A model generated the notes under the pieces. The model worked only from the letters and a program-made list of their open reading frames with translations, searched no databases and was not told the DNA's origin. Position numbers and translations under genes: made by a program. This document shows positions 23,486 to 31,420 of a DNA stretch of 42,604 nucleotides, piece by piece; positions within the stretch are counted from its first letter, which is position 1; each line of letters begins with the position of its first letter. The DNA is from a virus, in IMG/VR virus record IMGVR_UViG_3300002063_000003; one strand, given 5' to 3'.

Positions 23486-25634
23486 AAACATATATAAGGA
23501 TAATTACGCTGAGTATTTAAACAAGGGACTACAGGTAATTCCAGATAAGTATAAATCTAAGATGCCTGCAGTTAAGGGTTGGTCGGATTGGTGTTATAAG
23601 CCAGTGCCACCCGACCAAGCTAATCAATGGGCATCCGATATACCTGAGTCGGGTATATCTCTATGCTTGGGCGAAGCCAGTGGGGTAGTGGCACTAGACT
23701 TTGACGCAGTTGACCCTAAGATCATAGAAATTGTGGAGGCATTACTGCCTGAATCCCCTGTAGAGAAGAAAGGAAGTAAGGGGTGGACCCGCTTCTTTAA
23801 ATACAATGGTGAGCGAACAGGTGCTGTAAAGTATAATGGTGAAGTAGTATTCGAAGTCTTGTCTAGTGGTCGCAAAACTACAATGCCACCGTCAGTTCAT
23901 CCAAATGGGGCTAACTATATTTGGACAGGCTCTGATATATTAGATGCCAATTTAGAAGAACTGCCAATGCTTCCCCCATATTTAGAGAAGCAAATAGAGT
24001 CACTACTTGTTTCCCAATTAGGGGGAGAGAGTAGGGAATTTGGCAAGATTATAAATGGCAGAAACGCAGCCCTTTCTACATATCTGGGAACACTACTTAA
24101 TGACAAATCTATGACAGCTGATTCGACAGTCAAGATGCTCCTGCAGTATGACAAAGATCATAATGAAACCCCATACTTTAGTGATCCTGAAGAACATAGA
24201 CACACTAGTAGTTTTACTAATGCGCTTACATTTTACACAACACATCTAGAATCCATAAACGCAAGAAACTTTAGAGAGAATAAAGAATACCTTGAGCCTG
24301 TAATGCAGGTAGTCGATGATATTGAGTCACTTAAGGAGCGTGCTAGAAAAAAGTCACAAGCGCAGGTAAGTCAAAAAAGCTCAAAAAAGAGAGAGTTTTT
24401 ACTTGCGCCAAATGCTCTCACCTCAATTTGCGAGACGATTGATGCAAACTCCTGGGTAAAACAGCCCGAACTAGCGCTAGGATCTGCACTAGCCATGATA
24501 GCTACACTTGGGTGCAGGAAATTTACCTTTCAGGGGATGGCCCCGAACCTATATATATGTAACATATCACCTAGTGGCACAGGAAAGAATGCTGGGATAG
24601 ACGCTGTTAGAAATATGATGCATGAGAATGGTGCCCACCACTTATTAGGTGCAGGAGACTACGTGTCAAACGCCTCATTAGTTGATTCACTACAATCTAA
24701 GCCGACCAGACTAGATGTTATGGATGAAGTGGGCGGTAAGCTAAAGACTATGAATGGAGGTAAAGCAGAATATGCAGACAAGATTGGAGATATACTCGCT
24801 GAACTGTACACTTCTAGTAACTCTAGATATATGGGAAGGGCCTTAGCATCTATGAATGGAGCACCTTCAGTCAGAGGGGCGTGTGATAAGCCATGTGTTA
24901 ACATATTAGGCGCTACAACCCCTACAGGATTTAGAGAGGGTGTAACTAAAGACGCTATAGCAAAGGGTTTGATGGGTAGGTTTATATTATTTTTTGGGGA
25001 CTCTAAGAATAAATCTGAAAGAGTTAAAAATGTAACTCAGTTACCAGAAGATATAAAGAACCATTTGCATAAACTCGCTAAATTTGACTATAAACAAGAT
25101 GAAGTAAATGCATTGAGTGAGTATCCAAAAGATACCTATGAGATGCAAGCAACTAATGAAGCGAATGCTGCCCTAGATATTATCTTTCGTGAGTTTGATT
25201 CACTAAGGTTAGCTAAAATAGGTACTCCTGAGGCCCCTATTGCAGCAAGGCTATACCAGCAAATGGTAAAACTATGCATGGTACACGCAATATCTAGGCC
25301 TTTTGATAAGCTACCAGAAATTCGCATTGAGGATGTACAGTTTGCTAAAGGGATAATTAAGTGCTATTATGATGAGCTTGAAAATATTGTGACTAAATAC
25401 ATATTTAATTCTAAGCTAGAAAAAGATAGGTATGATGTCTTGGATTTAATAGAGTCTAGGGGAGTTGTTAAGGCGCATGAATTAGTAAGGCTAACACCTC
25501 AGTTTAACAAAAGGCAGCGGCAAGGGGTAATAGAAGACCTAATCGATGCGGAATATATCGGAGTAGATATCGAGAAGGATCTAGAAGCAGGTAAACAGTA
25601 TAACATTTATTATACTAAACCTGATATAGTTTAA
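23478..25634 (+). CDS. Bifunctional primase-polymerase / P-loop helicase
   Basis: Prim-pol motifs VALDFD and SGRKTTMPPSVHPNG..YIW at the N-terminus. Walker A SPSGTGKN and Walker B LDVMDEVG in the centre. Confidence 0.85.
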   Translation: MSKNIYKDNYAEYLNKGLQVIPDKYKSKMPAVKGWSDWCYKPVPPDQANQWASDIPESGISLCLGEASGVVALDFDAVDPKIIEIVEALLPESPVEKKGSKGWTRFFKYNGERTGAVKYNGEVVFEVLSSGRKTTMPPSVHPNGANYIWTGSDILDANLEELPMLPPYLEKQIESLLVSQLGGESREFGKIINGRNAALSTYLGTLLNDKSMTADSTVKMLLQYDKDHNETPYFSDPEEHRHTSSFTNALTFYTTHLESINARNFRENKEYLEPVMQVVDDIESLKERARKKSQAQVSQKSSKKREFLLAPNALTSICETIDANSWVKQPELALGSALAMIATLGCRKFTFQGMAPNLYICNISPSGTGKNAGIDAVRNMMHENGAHHLLGAGDYVSNASLVDSLQSKPTRLDVMDEVGGKLKTMNGGKAEYADKIGDILAELYTSSNSRYMGRALASMNGAPSVRGACDKPCVNILGATTPTGFREGVTKDAIAKGLMGRFILFFGDSKNKSERVKNVTQLPEDIKNHLHKLAKFDYKQDEVNALSEYPKDTYEMQATNEANAALDIIFREFDSLRLAKIGTPEAPIAARLYQQMVKLCMVHAISRPFDKLPEIRIEDVQFAKGIIKCYYDELENIVTKYIFNSKLEKDRYDVLDLIESRGVVKAHELVRLTPQFNKRQRQGVIEDLIDAEYIGVDIEKDLEAGKQYNIYYTKPDIV

Positions 25635-25676
25635 TTAAAAACAATAACATTATACTAAATAAAGTATAGGAGTAAT

Positions 25677-26495
25677 ATGAAAAAAACAGTAGAAGAAGGT
25701 GTCTATAGAGATATGTCAAATGAGGTGTACCACCAAAAGAATGGCTACTACTCTAGCTCAGTTCTTAAAGGCGCCTTAAAAGGCGCTAGTTACTTCTTTG
25801 ACACATATGTGCAAGGTACAGGACCAGACATGAGTAAGAATGAGGCAGCTTTGCACCTAGGTAACTATTTACATATAGCCCTACTAGAGCCAGAGAATCT
25901 AGAGAGTGAGTGTGTAGTTTACCCCGCCGCAACCAGATCAGGGAAGAAATGGAAACTATTTAAGAATGATCCCGAGAACGCAGGCAAGACAATTATTACT
26001 ATGAATGAACTAGACAAAGCTGCAGACTTAATTGACTCTTACAATAAATCCGTAGTTGACTTAGATGGGGACGAGATGGAACCTGCCAAAGGACTTTTCA
26101 CTGGAGGAGACGCAGAATTCTCTCTGTTTACAGAGCTCGAGGGAATGCCTGTAAAGGTTAGGGCCGATTATATCATTGATAAGGGTGACTATATGCTTAT
26201 TAGGGACCTTAAAACCACTAGTAGAGAGTGTAACTCTGCTTATCAGGGTCAGTATGTGTGTAATATGTTCAATTATTTCCTTTCTGGTGCTCTATATGTA
26301 GACGCATTTGCAAAGCACTATGGAAAGCCCTGTAAGTTTCAGTTAGTATTTCTCAGCAAGTCTGATTATAATGTGAATGTTTTTGAGATTGGAGAAGAGT
26401 CGATTGAGAAAGGCCGCACAGATTATAAGAAGGCACTTGAGTGTATTAAGAAATGGCAGAAGATTGGATACAGGACTGGACTTAGATATGTATAA
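25677..26495 (+). CDS. PD-(D/E)XK family exonuclease (RecE/DUF3799-like)
   Basis: YHQKNGYYSSSVLK N-terminal motif, then VRADYI ... IRDLKTT (D ... D/E-x-K). Confidence 0.7.
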   Translation: MKKTVEEGVYRDMSNEVYHQKNGYYSSSVLKGALKGASYFFDTYVQGTGPDMSKNEAALHLGNYLHIALLEPENLESECVVYPAATRSGKKWKLFKNDPENAGKTIITMNELDKAADLIDSYNKSVVDLDGDEMEPAKGLFTGGDAEFSLFTELEGMPVKVRADYIIDKGDYMLIRDLKTTSRECNSAYQGQYVCNMFNYFLSGALYVDAFAKHYGKPCKFQLVFLSKSDYNVNVFEIGEESIEKGRTDYKKALECIKKWQKIGYRTGLRYV

Positions 26496-26579
26496 GTTTT
26501 TTACAATGTCAAAGGCTTATACAGTTAAATCAAATTTATGGCTAGTGTAGTTGGCACTAGCATTGCATTAGTTATTATG

Positions 26580-26762
26580 GAGAAGAGGGAGTGTGGAAGC
26601 TGTGGCATATGTAGTGTGGTTACTACCCTTGGCCACTGGAACACATAAGAGCACCTTGTATAAAGATGGTTCGATCATTAGCTCTGTTATGCCGAGTAGA
26701 ATGTTTGAAAGGCTGAAAGCGTAAGGCGTACATAGCACCAGTAGCTGCGGTGCCCTCTTCTC
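26580..26762 (+). promoter_or_regulatory. Structured RNA element, copy 1 (riboswitch-sized leader domain)
   Basis: Perfect 10-bp closing helix GAGAAGAGGG/CCCTCTTCTC enclosing nested hairpins. Shares ordered blocks and covarying helices with 28705-28807. Confidence 0.5.
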
Positions 26763-26779
26763 AACTTTTAAGGAGAAAC

Positions 26780-27040
26780 ATGACAGATAGAGAAACACGA
26801 AACAAGATACTAGCAGATAAGAGTCTACCTATACATAGACACTATAGGGGTTTTTATACTAAACGAGATATGCTAGAGCAGCTTTTAATGGGTTATACAG
26901 TAACAGAGTCTGCCCAGGAATTAGGTCTTACTTGGGGTTCTGCGATGGATGCGATCAAAAGGCTTAGGAATGCAACAGGCCATACATCAACTAACGCGAT
27001 GATTAGGGGATTAGTTAAAAAACATAGAGGATATTTATAA
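26780..27040 (+). CDS. Small LuxR/GerE-type HTH regulator
   Basis: Start refined to ATG 26780 (AAGGAG SD). ESAQELGLTWGSAMDAIKRLRNATGHTSTNAMI resembles the GerE-type HTH. Confidence 0.45.
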   Translation: MTDRETRNKILADKSLPIHRHYRGFYTKRDMLEQLLMGYTVTESAQELGLTWGSAMDAIKRLRNATGHTSTNAMIRGLVKKHRGYL

Positions 27041-27357
27041 TGGGATGGATAGCAAGTATTTTATTAGCATTATGTGGACTACCTCTAGCATATAAGTCAT
27101 ATAAAGAAGGTCATTCTAGAGGCATTAGCCTATTGTTTTTATTAACATGGTTAGTTGGCGAAGTACTAGCATTAGTATATAGCTGGAACAAAGATGTGTT
27201 ACCACTATTGTTTAACTACGGCCTAAACATATTTTTTATTGGAGTAGTGCTGTATTATAAATTAAAGCCCTCGGACCTTGATAGGTTTTTAAAAAATGTT
27301 AGTAAAGAAAGCATAAAGAGTTTAGACGCAATAGAGAATAGTTGGAGGGCAAATTAG
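27040..27357 (+). CDS. 3-TM membrane protein with a PQ-loop/SemiSWEET-like motif
   Basis: CGLPLAYKSYKEGHSRGISLLFLLTWLVGEVLALVYS resembles the PQ-loop repeat (Q replaced by L). 105 aa. Confidence 0.4.
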   Translation: MGWIASILLALCGLPLAYKSYKEGHSRGISLLFLLTWLVGEVLALVYSWNKDVLPLLFNYGLNIFFIGVVLYYKLKPSDLDRFLKNVSKESIKSLDAIENSWRAN

Positions 27358-27536
27358 TGGACAACGCAGTTTTAATATTATATAGTATATTATATATATC
27401 AATAGTTTTAGTAATGCAGGAATACATGAATCACGAGTTTAGTTTACCAGCACTTGTGGTTGGCTGGATGGCTGGCTCACTTATTTCGCTAAAAATAAAA
27501 GATAGAACAGAGGAGAATAATAATGGGGAAAGTTAA
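27357..27536 (+). CDS. Small 2-TM membrane protein
   Basis: GTG 27357 overlaps the upstream TAG, with GGAGGG 7 nt upstream. Preferred over the TTG 27342 start in the track. Confidence 0.45.
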   Translation: MDNAVLILYSILYISIVLVMQEYMNHEFSLPALVVGWMAGSLISLKIKDRTEENNNGES

Positions 27537-27762
27537 AAGTCTTATAGAACATAGGCAGGAGCAATTAGATCAAAGTATTATTGATATGGTTGAAGGCCGT
27601 TTAACACCTGAACAAGAAGAGGAAACCTTAGGGCAAGTTTTAGAAGAAGCTTACAAACAGGAACTCCAAGAAAAGAAACTTTTAAAGGGGCAGGCATTTG
27701 CCCTAGGAGTTTTGTTTGGAGCATTCTGTTTTACTTTAATATTCACGGTAGCCATGATATGA
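27523..27762 (+). CDS. Tail-anchored membrane protein
   Basis: 79 aa with GAGGAG SD. Acidic helical N-terminus and C-terminal TM segment FALGVLFGAFCFTLIFTVAMI. Confidence 0.55.
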   Translation: MGKVKSLIEHRQEQLDQSIIDMVEGRLTPEQEEETLGQVLEEAYKQELQEKKLLKGQAFALGVLFGAFCFTLIFTVAMI

Positions 27763-28109
27763 AATTATATTTTGACATGATGAAGGAGCACTATAATAGG
27801 GAAAATATCATATGCGAAAGCCCAGACGATAAAGTATTAGGTTTTATGATATACTCCCCTATATCAGAAGATAGCGCTTATATTGATAACATATACGTAG
27901 GGCAGCAGCATAGGAAAGACCGTATCGCAAAAAATTTAGTTAAGATGTTAGTAGCAAAAGGTTTTACAAAGCTAATGAGTCATGTGGATATGACAAGTGC
28001 TGTAGCACATGATGCGATTAAGTTTCATCTAGCTATGGGGGCAGAAATACATGAGGCATCTAAAACAAGAATAATATTTTATAAAGATTACCAAGAGGAG
28101 GAGATCTAA
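27759..28109 (+). CDS. Short GNAT-family acetyltransferase-like protein
   Basis: IYVGQQHRKDRIAKNLVKMLV resembles GNAT motif A. AIKFHLAMGAEI resembles motif B. Only 116 aa. Confidence 0.5.
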   Translation: MKLYFDMMKEHYNRENIICESPDDKVLGFMIYSPISEDSAYIDNIYVGQQHRKDRIAKNLVKMLVAKGFTKLMSHVDMTSAVAHDAIKFHLAMGAEIHEASKTRIIFYKDYQEEEI

Positions 28110-28270
28110 TGGCTACATCAGTAGAAAAAGAAAGAAAAGCAATGCGTGAACGCGCAGAAACACTTAAGCTTATTAAAGAGCTTAAAATAGATATTCAGGA
28201 AATTAAAGAAAGCATGGCACAAAAGTGCGGAGCTAAAAAACCAAAAGTAAACAAAGGAGAGAGAGTATGA
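28109..28270 (+). CDS. Small basic helical protein (53 aa, below the track cutoff)
   Basis: TAATG and ATGA coupling to both neighbours, with GAGGAGGAG upstream. Confidence 0.45.
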   Translation: MATSVEKERKAMRERAETLKLIKELKIDIQEIKESMAQKCGAKKPKVNKGERV

Positions 28271-28698
28271 GCCAACCAGTAAGATTGCCAGTAGGTACAC
28301 ATAGTTTTAAAATTAAGAGCATTGTAATTAAACAAGGGAAAAAAGATCCCGAAAGTAAAATTATGCATTTATCTTTTGAAAAGGTGGACGATGATGGAAA
28401 TGCGGATGAAGGGTTCAAGCCAATCAAGGAATTCTTAGGTGTAGTTCATGGGAGCAAGACCTATATGGACATCTCGACGTCTAAGGCAGACGGGTTACTA
28501 CGCAAGTTAGGAGTTGAAGAGGGACTTGCAAAGTTTAATGGAGACCTAGCTGTTCTAGGTACTAAGAACTTTCTTAAGGACTTCATGTTCGAGACCTTTG
28601 ATGCAGATGTCTATGAAGAGAAGAAAGAGCAAACATTTACTAATGAGCAAGGAGAGGACATTACTTTCAAAGCTCGTAGAATCTCATTAGAAGATTAG
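28267..28698 (+). CDS. Hypothetical protein, DUF669-like (possible ssDNA-binding)
   Basis: 143 aa in the replication module. Only a loose remembered resemblance to DUF669. Confidence 0.35.
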   Translation: MSQPVRLPVGTHSFKIKSIVIKQGKKDPESKIMHLSFEKVDDDGNADEGFKPIKEFLGVVHGSKTYMDISTSKADGLLRKLGVEEGLAKFNGDLAVLGTKNFLKDFMFETFDADVYEEKKEQTFTNEQGEDITFKARRISLED

Positions 28699-28704
28699 TT
28701 AATA

Positions 28705-28807
28705 TTGAGGAGGTGCGGAAGCAACGCACGCGAAAGATAATAGAGTGCTACGAACATAAGGTACTGCCTTAGTATTAGCGATTGCTGGAGTAGCGACCAG
28801 CCCTCAA
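28705..28807 (+). promoter_or_regulatory. Structured RNA element, copy 2
   Basis: Closing helix TTGAGG/CCTCAA, block AGGTGCGGAAGC, block ACATAAG, and hairpin GCTGG-AGTAGCGA-CCAGC followed by CCTC. Colinear with copy 1. Confidence 0.5.
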
Positions 28808-28853
28808 AAAGCGGTCCTACAGCGTTTCTGTAGTTGCTATTTGTTAGCTGACA

Positions 28854-28875
28854 GCCAGGAAAGACTGGCATTTTT
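28854..28875 (+). terminator. Weak terminator-like hairpin plus T-tract
   Basis: GCCAG-GAAAGA-CTGGC followed by A-TTTTT. The stem is only 5 bp. Confidence 0.3.
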
Positions 28876-28888
28876 ATAGGAGAAAAAA

Positions 28889-29059
28889 ATGAAGATAATA
28901 TATAAAACAAGCGCAGGCTATAATTTAAATGAGGTAGAATACCCATCCTTAGAGTCTTTTAAAGAAGATATGGGGGATGAAAATTATGGTGAAACTATAG
29001 AATATGTCTATATAGATAGCAAAGGTGAGTTGAGTATAGGCTTTTTAGATTTTACATAA
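28889..29059 (+). CDS. Small hypothetical protein (56 aa, below the track cutoff)
   Basis: AGGAG SD 6 nt upstream of ATG 28889. MKIIYKTSAGYNLNEVEYPSLESFKEDMG... Confidence 0.5.
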   Translation: MKIIYKTSAGYNLNEVEYPSLESFKEDMGDENYGETIEYVYIDSKGELSIGFLDFT

Positions 29060-29067
29060 GGAATTAT

Positions 29068-30891
29068 ATGATTAACTACGAGATAAAGATTTGGAATGGG
29101 GAGAGGCTTGAGGGCCCTATCAGTTTTGATACTGAGACAGATATTCAGCCCTTCCACACTAGAGATCACAAGTTAGTTACTTTCCAGGCTTACGCAGGAG
29201 GCAAAGATGCTTACCTAGTTGAGCGTGAAGATATAAACTTCTTTCTTAAAATGCACAAATCAAATGTATTTGTAGCACAAAACGCACCTTTTGATGTCTC
29301 TGTTCTTACAGAAAATGGATATATTGATTGGGACTACTGGTTCTATAAGATTGACAATGACAAACTACACGACACTAAATTACTATATATACTACTTAGG
29401 CTAGCAGCAATCGGTATGACGCCACCCATGTCTAGCTTAAAGGAGATATGTAGAGTTATGTTGGGTAGGGACATTGATAAGAATGCAGACATCAGGTGTA
29501 CCTTTGATCAATACGTTGATAGGCCTTATTCCGAGATTAGTGAAGAGCACCAGAAGTATGCTCTTGATGATTCAGTTCACACTTATGACGCGTACAAAGT
29601 GCTACTCAAACGCATTAGAACACACGATACTAAAGAGACACTACTAAGTCACGCTTATCAGATAAAAGGCGCTATTGCCCTAGATCAGATACATAAGAAT
29701 GGTATTGGATTTGACCTAGCCCAGAAGGAAGAAGTTCTTAAGGGCATTTACAAAGAGAGTGACATACTAGAAAGAAGATTGGCGCTATGGGGATGGGTAA
29801 AAGGGAAGCCAGGTAACAAAGGGGCTCTATTCAGAGCACTGGACGCACTCGGAATACTTAAGGAGCTGCCCCTATCACCTAAATCAAAAGAGCCAAGGAC
29901 AGGCGGAGATGAACTAGCACCTCATATGGATAAACAGTTTGTAAGAGATTACCTGCGCTTCCAAGAGATTGATAAAGCGGCATCTTTTATTAGAAATATT
30001 GATAGTGAACGGATTCACCCTAGATATACGACCATACTTAATACAGGCAGAACTAGCTGTTCAGGTAAGTCTGGTGACCATGTCGCATGCAACATTCAAC
30101 AGTTACCAAGAGTAGGGGGCATACGTGAAGTTTTCATCCCAAAGAAGGATCATGTTTTTGTTGACATTGATTATGACTCACTAGAATTAGCGACCTTGTC
30201 GCAGGTATTGATTAACTACTTTACTGAAAGTAACCTAGCAGATGTTTTAAACGAAGGTAAGTGCCCTCATGTGGCCACAGCAGGAAACATCTACAATAAG
30301 TTCGTAGGTAAATGCACTAAACAGAATATGGGCGAGATTAACAAAGATGAGAGACAGTTTGCAAAGATTGCGAACTTTGGTTACCCAGCTAATATGGCAC
30401 CTAGTACTTTCGTAGACTACTGTAAGGGATACGGAGTTAAGGTTGATCTAGAGCAGAGTGAAGCTATCAAGGAAGGTTGGCTAAAAGCTTATCCTGAGAT
30501 GAGGCAATACTTTGATCTACCTAGAAACTACATTGATGGGTCTATGAAGTATTGGAATGAGGAGAAGGGTATTTGGGACACAAAGGATACATACTGGCAA
30601 ATGAGCCTTACAGGACGTAAGAGAGCACGCTGCACGTATACTGCATTCCTGAACACACACTTCCAGGGATTAGCGGCTGATGGGGCCAAGATAGCCTTAT
30701 ATGAGTCATTCAAAGCAGGGCTTAAGATGGTTGGGTTTGTGCATGATGCTATAATCTATGAATGCCCTAAAGAAGATGGTAATGCCGTGTTAGATAAAGC
30801 TAGTGGTATTATGGTCAATGCTATGCAACAGGTTGTGCCTAGCATTACAATTAGAGTCGAAGGCGAAATAAAGGACCGATATTCAAAATGA
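29068..30891 (+). CDS. Family A DNA polymerase with a 3'-5' exonuclease domain
   Basis: Exo motifs FDTETD, NAPFD and YALDD. Pol motif A DIDYDSLELA, motif B RQFAKIANFGYP, motif C VHDAIIYE. Confidence 0.92.
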   Translation: MINYEIKIWNGERLEGPISFDTETDIQPFHTRDHKLVTFQAYAGGKDAYLVEREDINFFLKMHKSNVFVAQNAPFDVSVLTENGYIDWDYWFYKIDNDKLHDTKLLYILLRLAAIGMTPPMSSLKEICRVMLGRDIDKNADIRCTFDQYVDRPYSEISEEHQKYALDDSVHTYDAYKVLLKRIRTHDTKETLLSHAYQIKGAIALDQIHKNGIGFDLAQKEEVLKGIYKESDILERRLALWGWVKGKPGNKGALFRALDALGILKELPLSPKSKEPRTGGDELAPHMDKQFVRDYLRFQEIDKAASFIRNIDSERIHPRYTTILNTGRTSCSGKSGDHVACNIQQLPRVGGIREVFIPKKDHVFVDIDYDSLELATLSQVLINYFTESNLADVLNEGKCPHVATAGNIYNKFVGKCTKQNMGEINKDERQFAKIANFGYPANMAPSTFVDYCKGYGVKVDLEQSEAIKEGWLKAYPEMRQYFDLPRNYIDGSMKYWNEEKGIWDTKDTYWQMSLTGRKRARCTYTAFLNTHFQGLAADGAKIALYESFKAGLKMVGFVHDAIIYECPKEDGNAVLDKASGIMVNAMQQVVPSITIRVEGEIKDRYSK

Positions 30892-31172
30892 ACAACGTAG
30901 CAAAACAATACTGTATTGATCATGATCAAGAGTTTATAGAGTATTTAAGAAAAAGAGGCAGGGATGAGTGGTCAATAGGATATAGATATATGTCTTATAA
31001 TCCATACATTGAAGAGTTTTACAATAAAGGAGTAAAAATGAACGAAACTTACCAAAATATGCGAAAAATGAAAAGAAAAGAATCACTGGAGCGGCAGAAA
31101 GAAAGAGATTTAGAGCTTAAGAAACACGGATGGAAGTATATTTATTATAAGTATGTTAGGAAGGTTATTTAA
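30888..31172 (+). CDS. Hypothetical protein with a basic C-terminus
   Basis: 94-aa ORF with an ATGA overlap with the polymerase gene. Confidence 0.5.
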   Translation: MNNVAKQYCIDHDQEFIEYLRKRGRDEWSIGYRYMSYNPYIEEFYNKGVKMNETYQNMRKMKRKESLERQKERDLELKKHGWKYIYYKYVRKVI

Positions 31173-31420
31173 TGAAACTACTAGATAATATAAGTAATGT
31201 TTATGGAGAAATGGATAATGTGTCTCAAATGATGTCAGAAATCATTAAAGTCTTGCATCATTACGCTGATGAAGATATAAAGAGATATGGTAAGGAGAAA
31301 CTAAAGGAATACCCTGCGTACCGTTTATTGGAAGATATAGACGCATACAATGAGAATTTTTTTGAGTCTGAGCCAGACGTGTTTGATATGGATGAACAAG
31401 AGGAGTTAACAAATGAATAA
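31172..31420 (+). CDS. Small strongly acidic protein
   Basis: 82 aa with the C-terminus FFESEPDVFDMDEQEELTNE. Confidence 0.5.
   Translation: MKLLDNISNVYGEMDNVSQMMSEIIKVLHHYADEDIKRYGKEKLKEYPAYRLLEDIDAYNENFFESEPDVFDMDEQEELTNE

Noticed and set aside
26632-26638. GCCACTG preceded by GGGAG..GTGGAAGC, reminiscent of the cobalamin riboswitch core
   Set aside because: I could not find a B12 box or the other conserved junction sequences. Copy 2 lacks GCCACTG. The downstream genes have no link to cobalamin. Only cmscan could settle this.
26538-26648. 36-codon plus-strand ORF (MASVVGTSIALVIMEKRECGSCGICSVVTTLGHWNT) that looked like a Cys-rich peptide precursor
   Set aside because: There is no SD before ATG 26538. 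The similar block in copy 2 (GGTGCGGAAGC) is not in an equivalent ORF there, which has only 11 codons. The conservation is therefore better explained at the RNA level.
26664-26676. GGTTCGATC (and GGTTCGAC on the minus strand near 19955), resembling tRNA T-loops
   Set aside because: The flanking bases do not form a 5-bp T-stem, and no acceptor or anticodon arms could be drawn. No tRNA is called anywhere in the window.
26568-26798. Track ORF of 76 aa on the minus strand, inside the first structured intergenic element
   Set aside because: It is antisense within a purely plus-strand operon, has no SD, and overlaps the SD and start of the downstream gene. It coincides with the RNA helices, so it is most likely a chance ORF.
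28695-28946. Track ORF of 83 aa on the minus strand, across the second structured element
   Set aside because: The reasoning is the same as for 26568..26798. It is antisense, has no SD, and overlaps the well-supported small plus-strand CDS 28889..29059.
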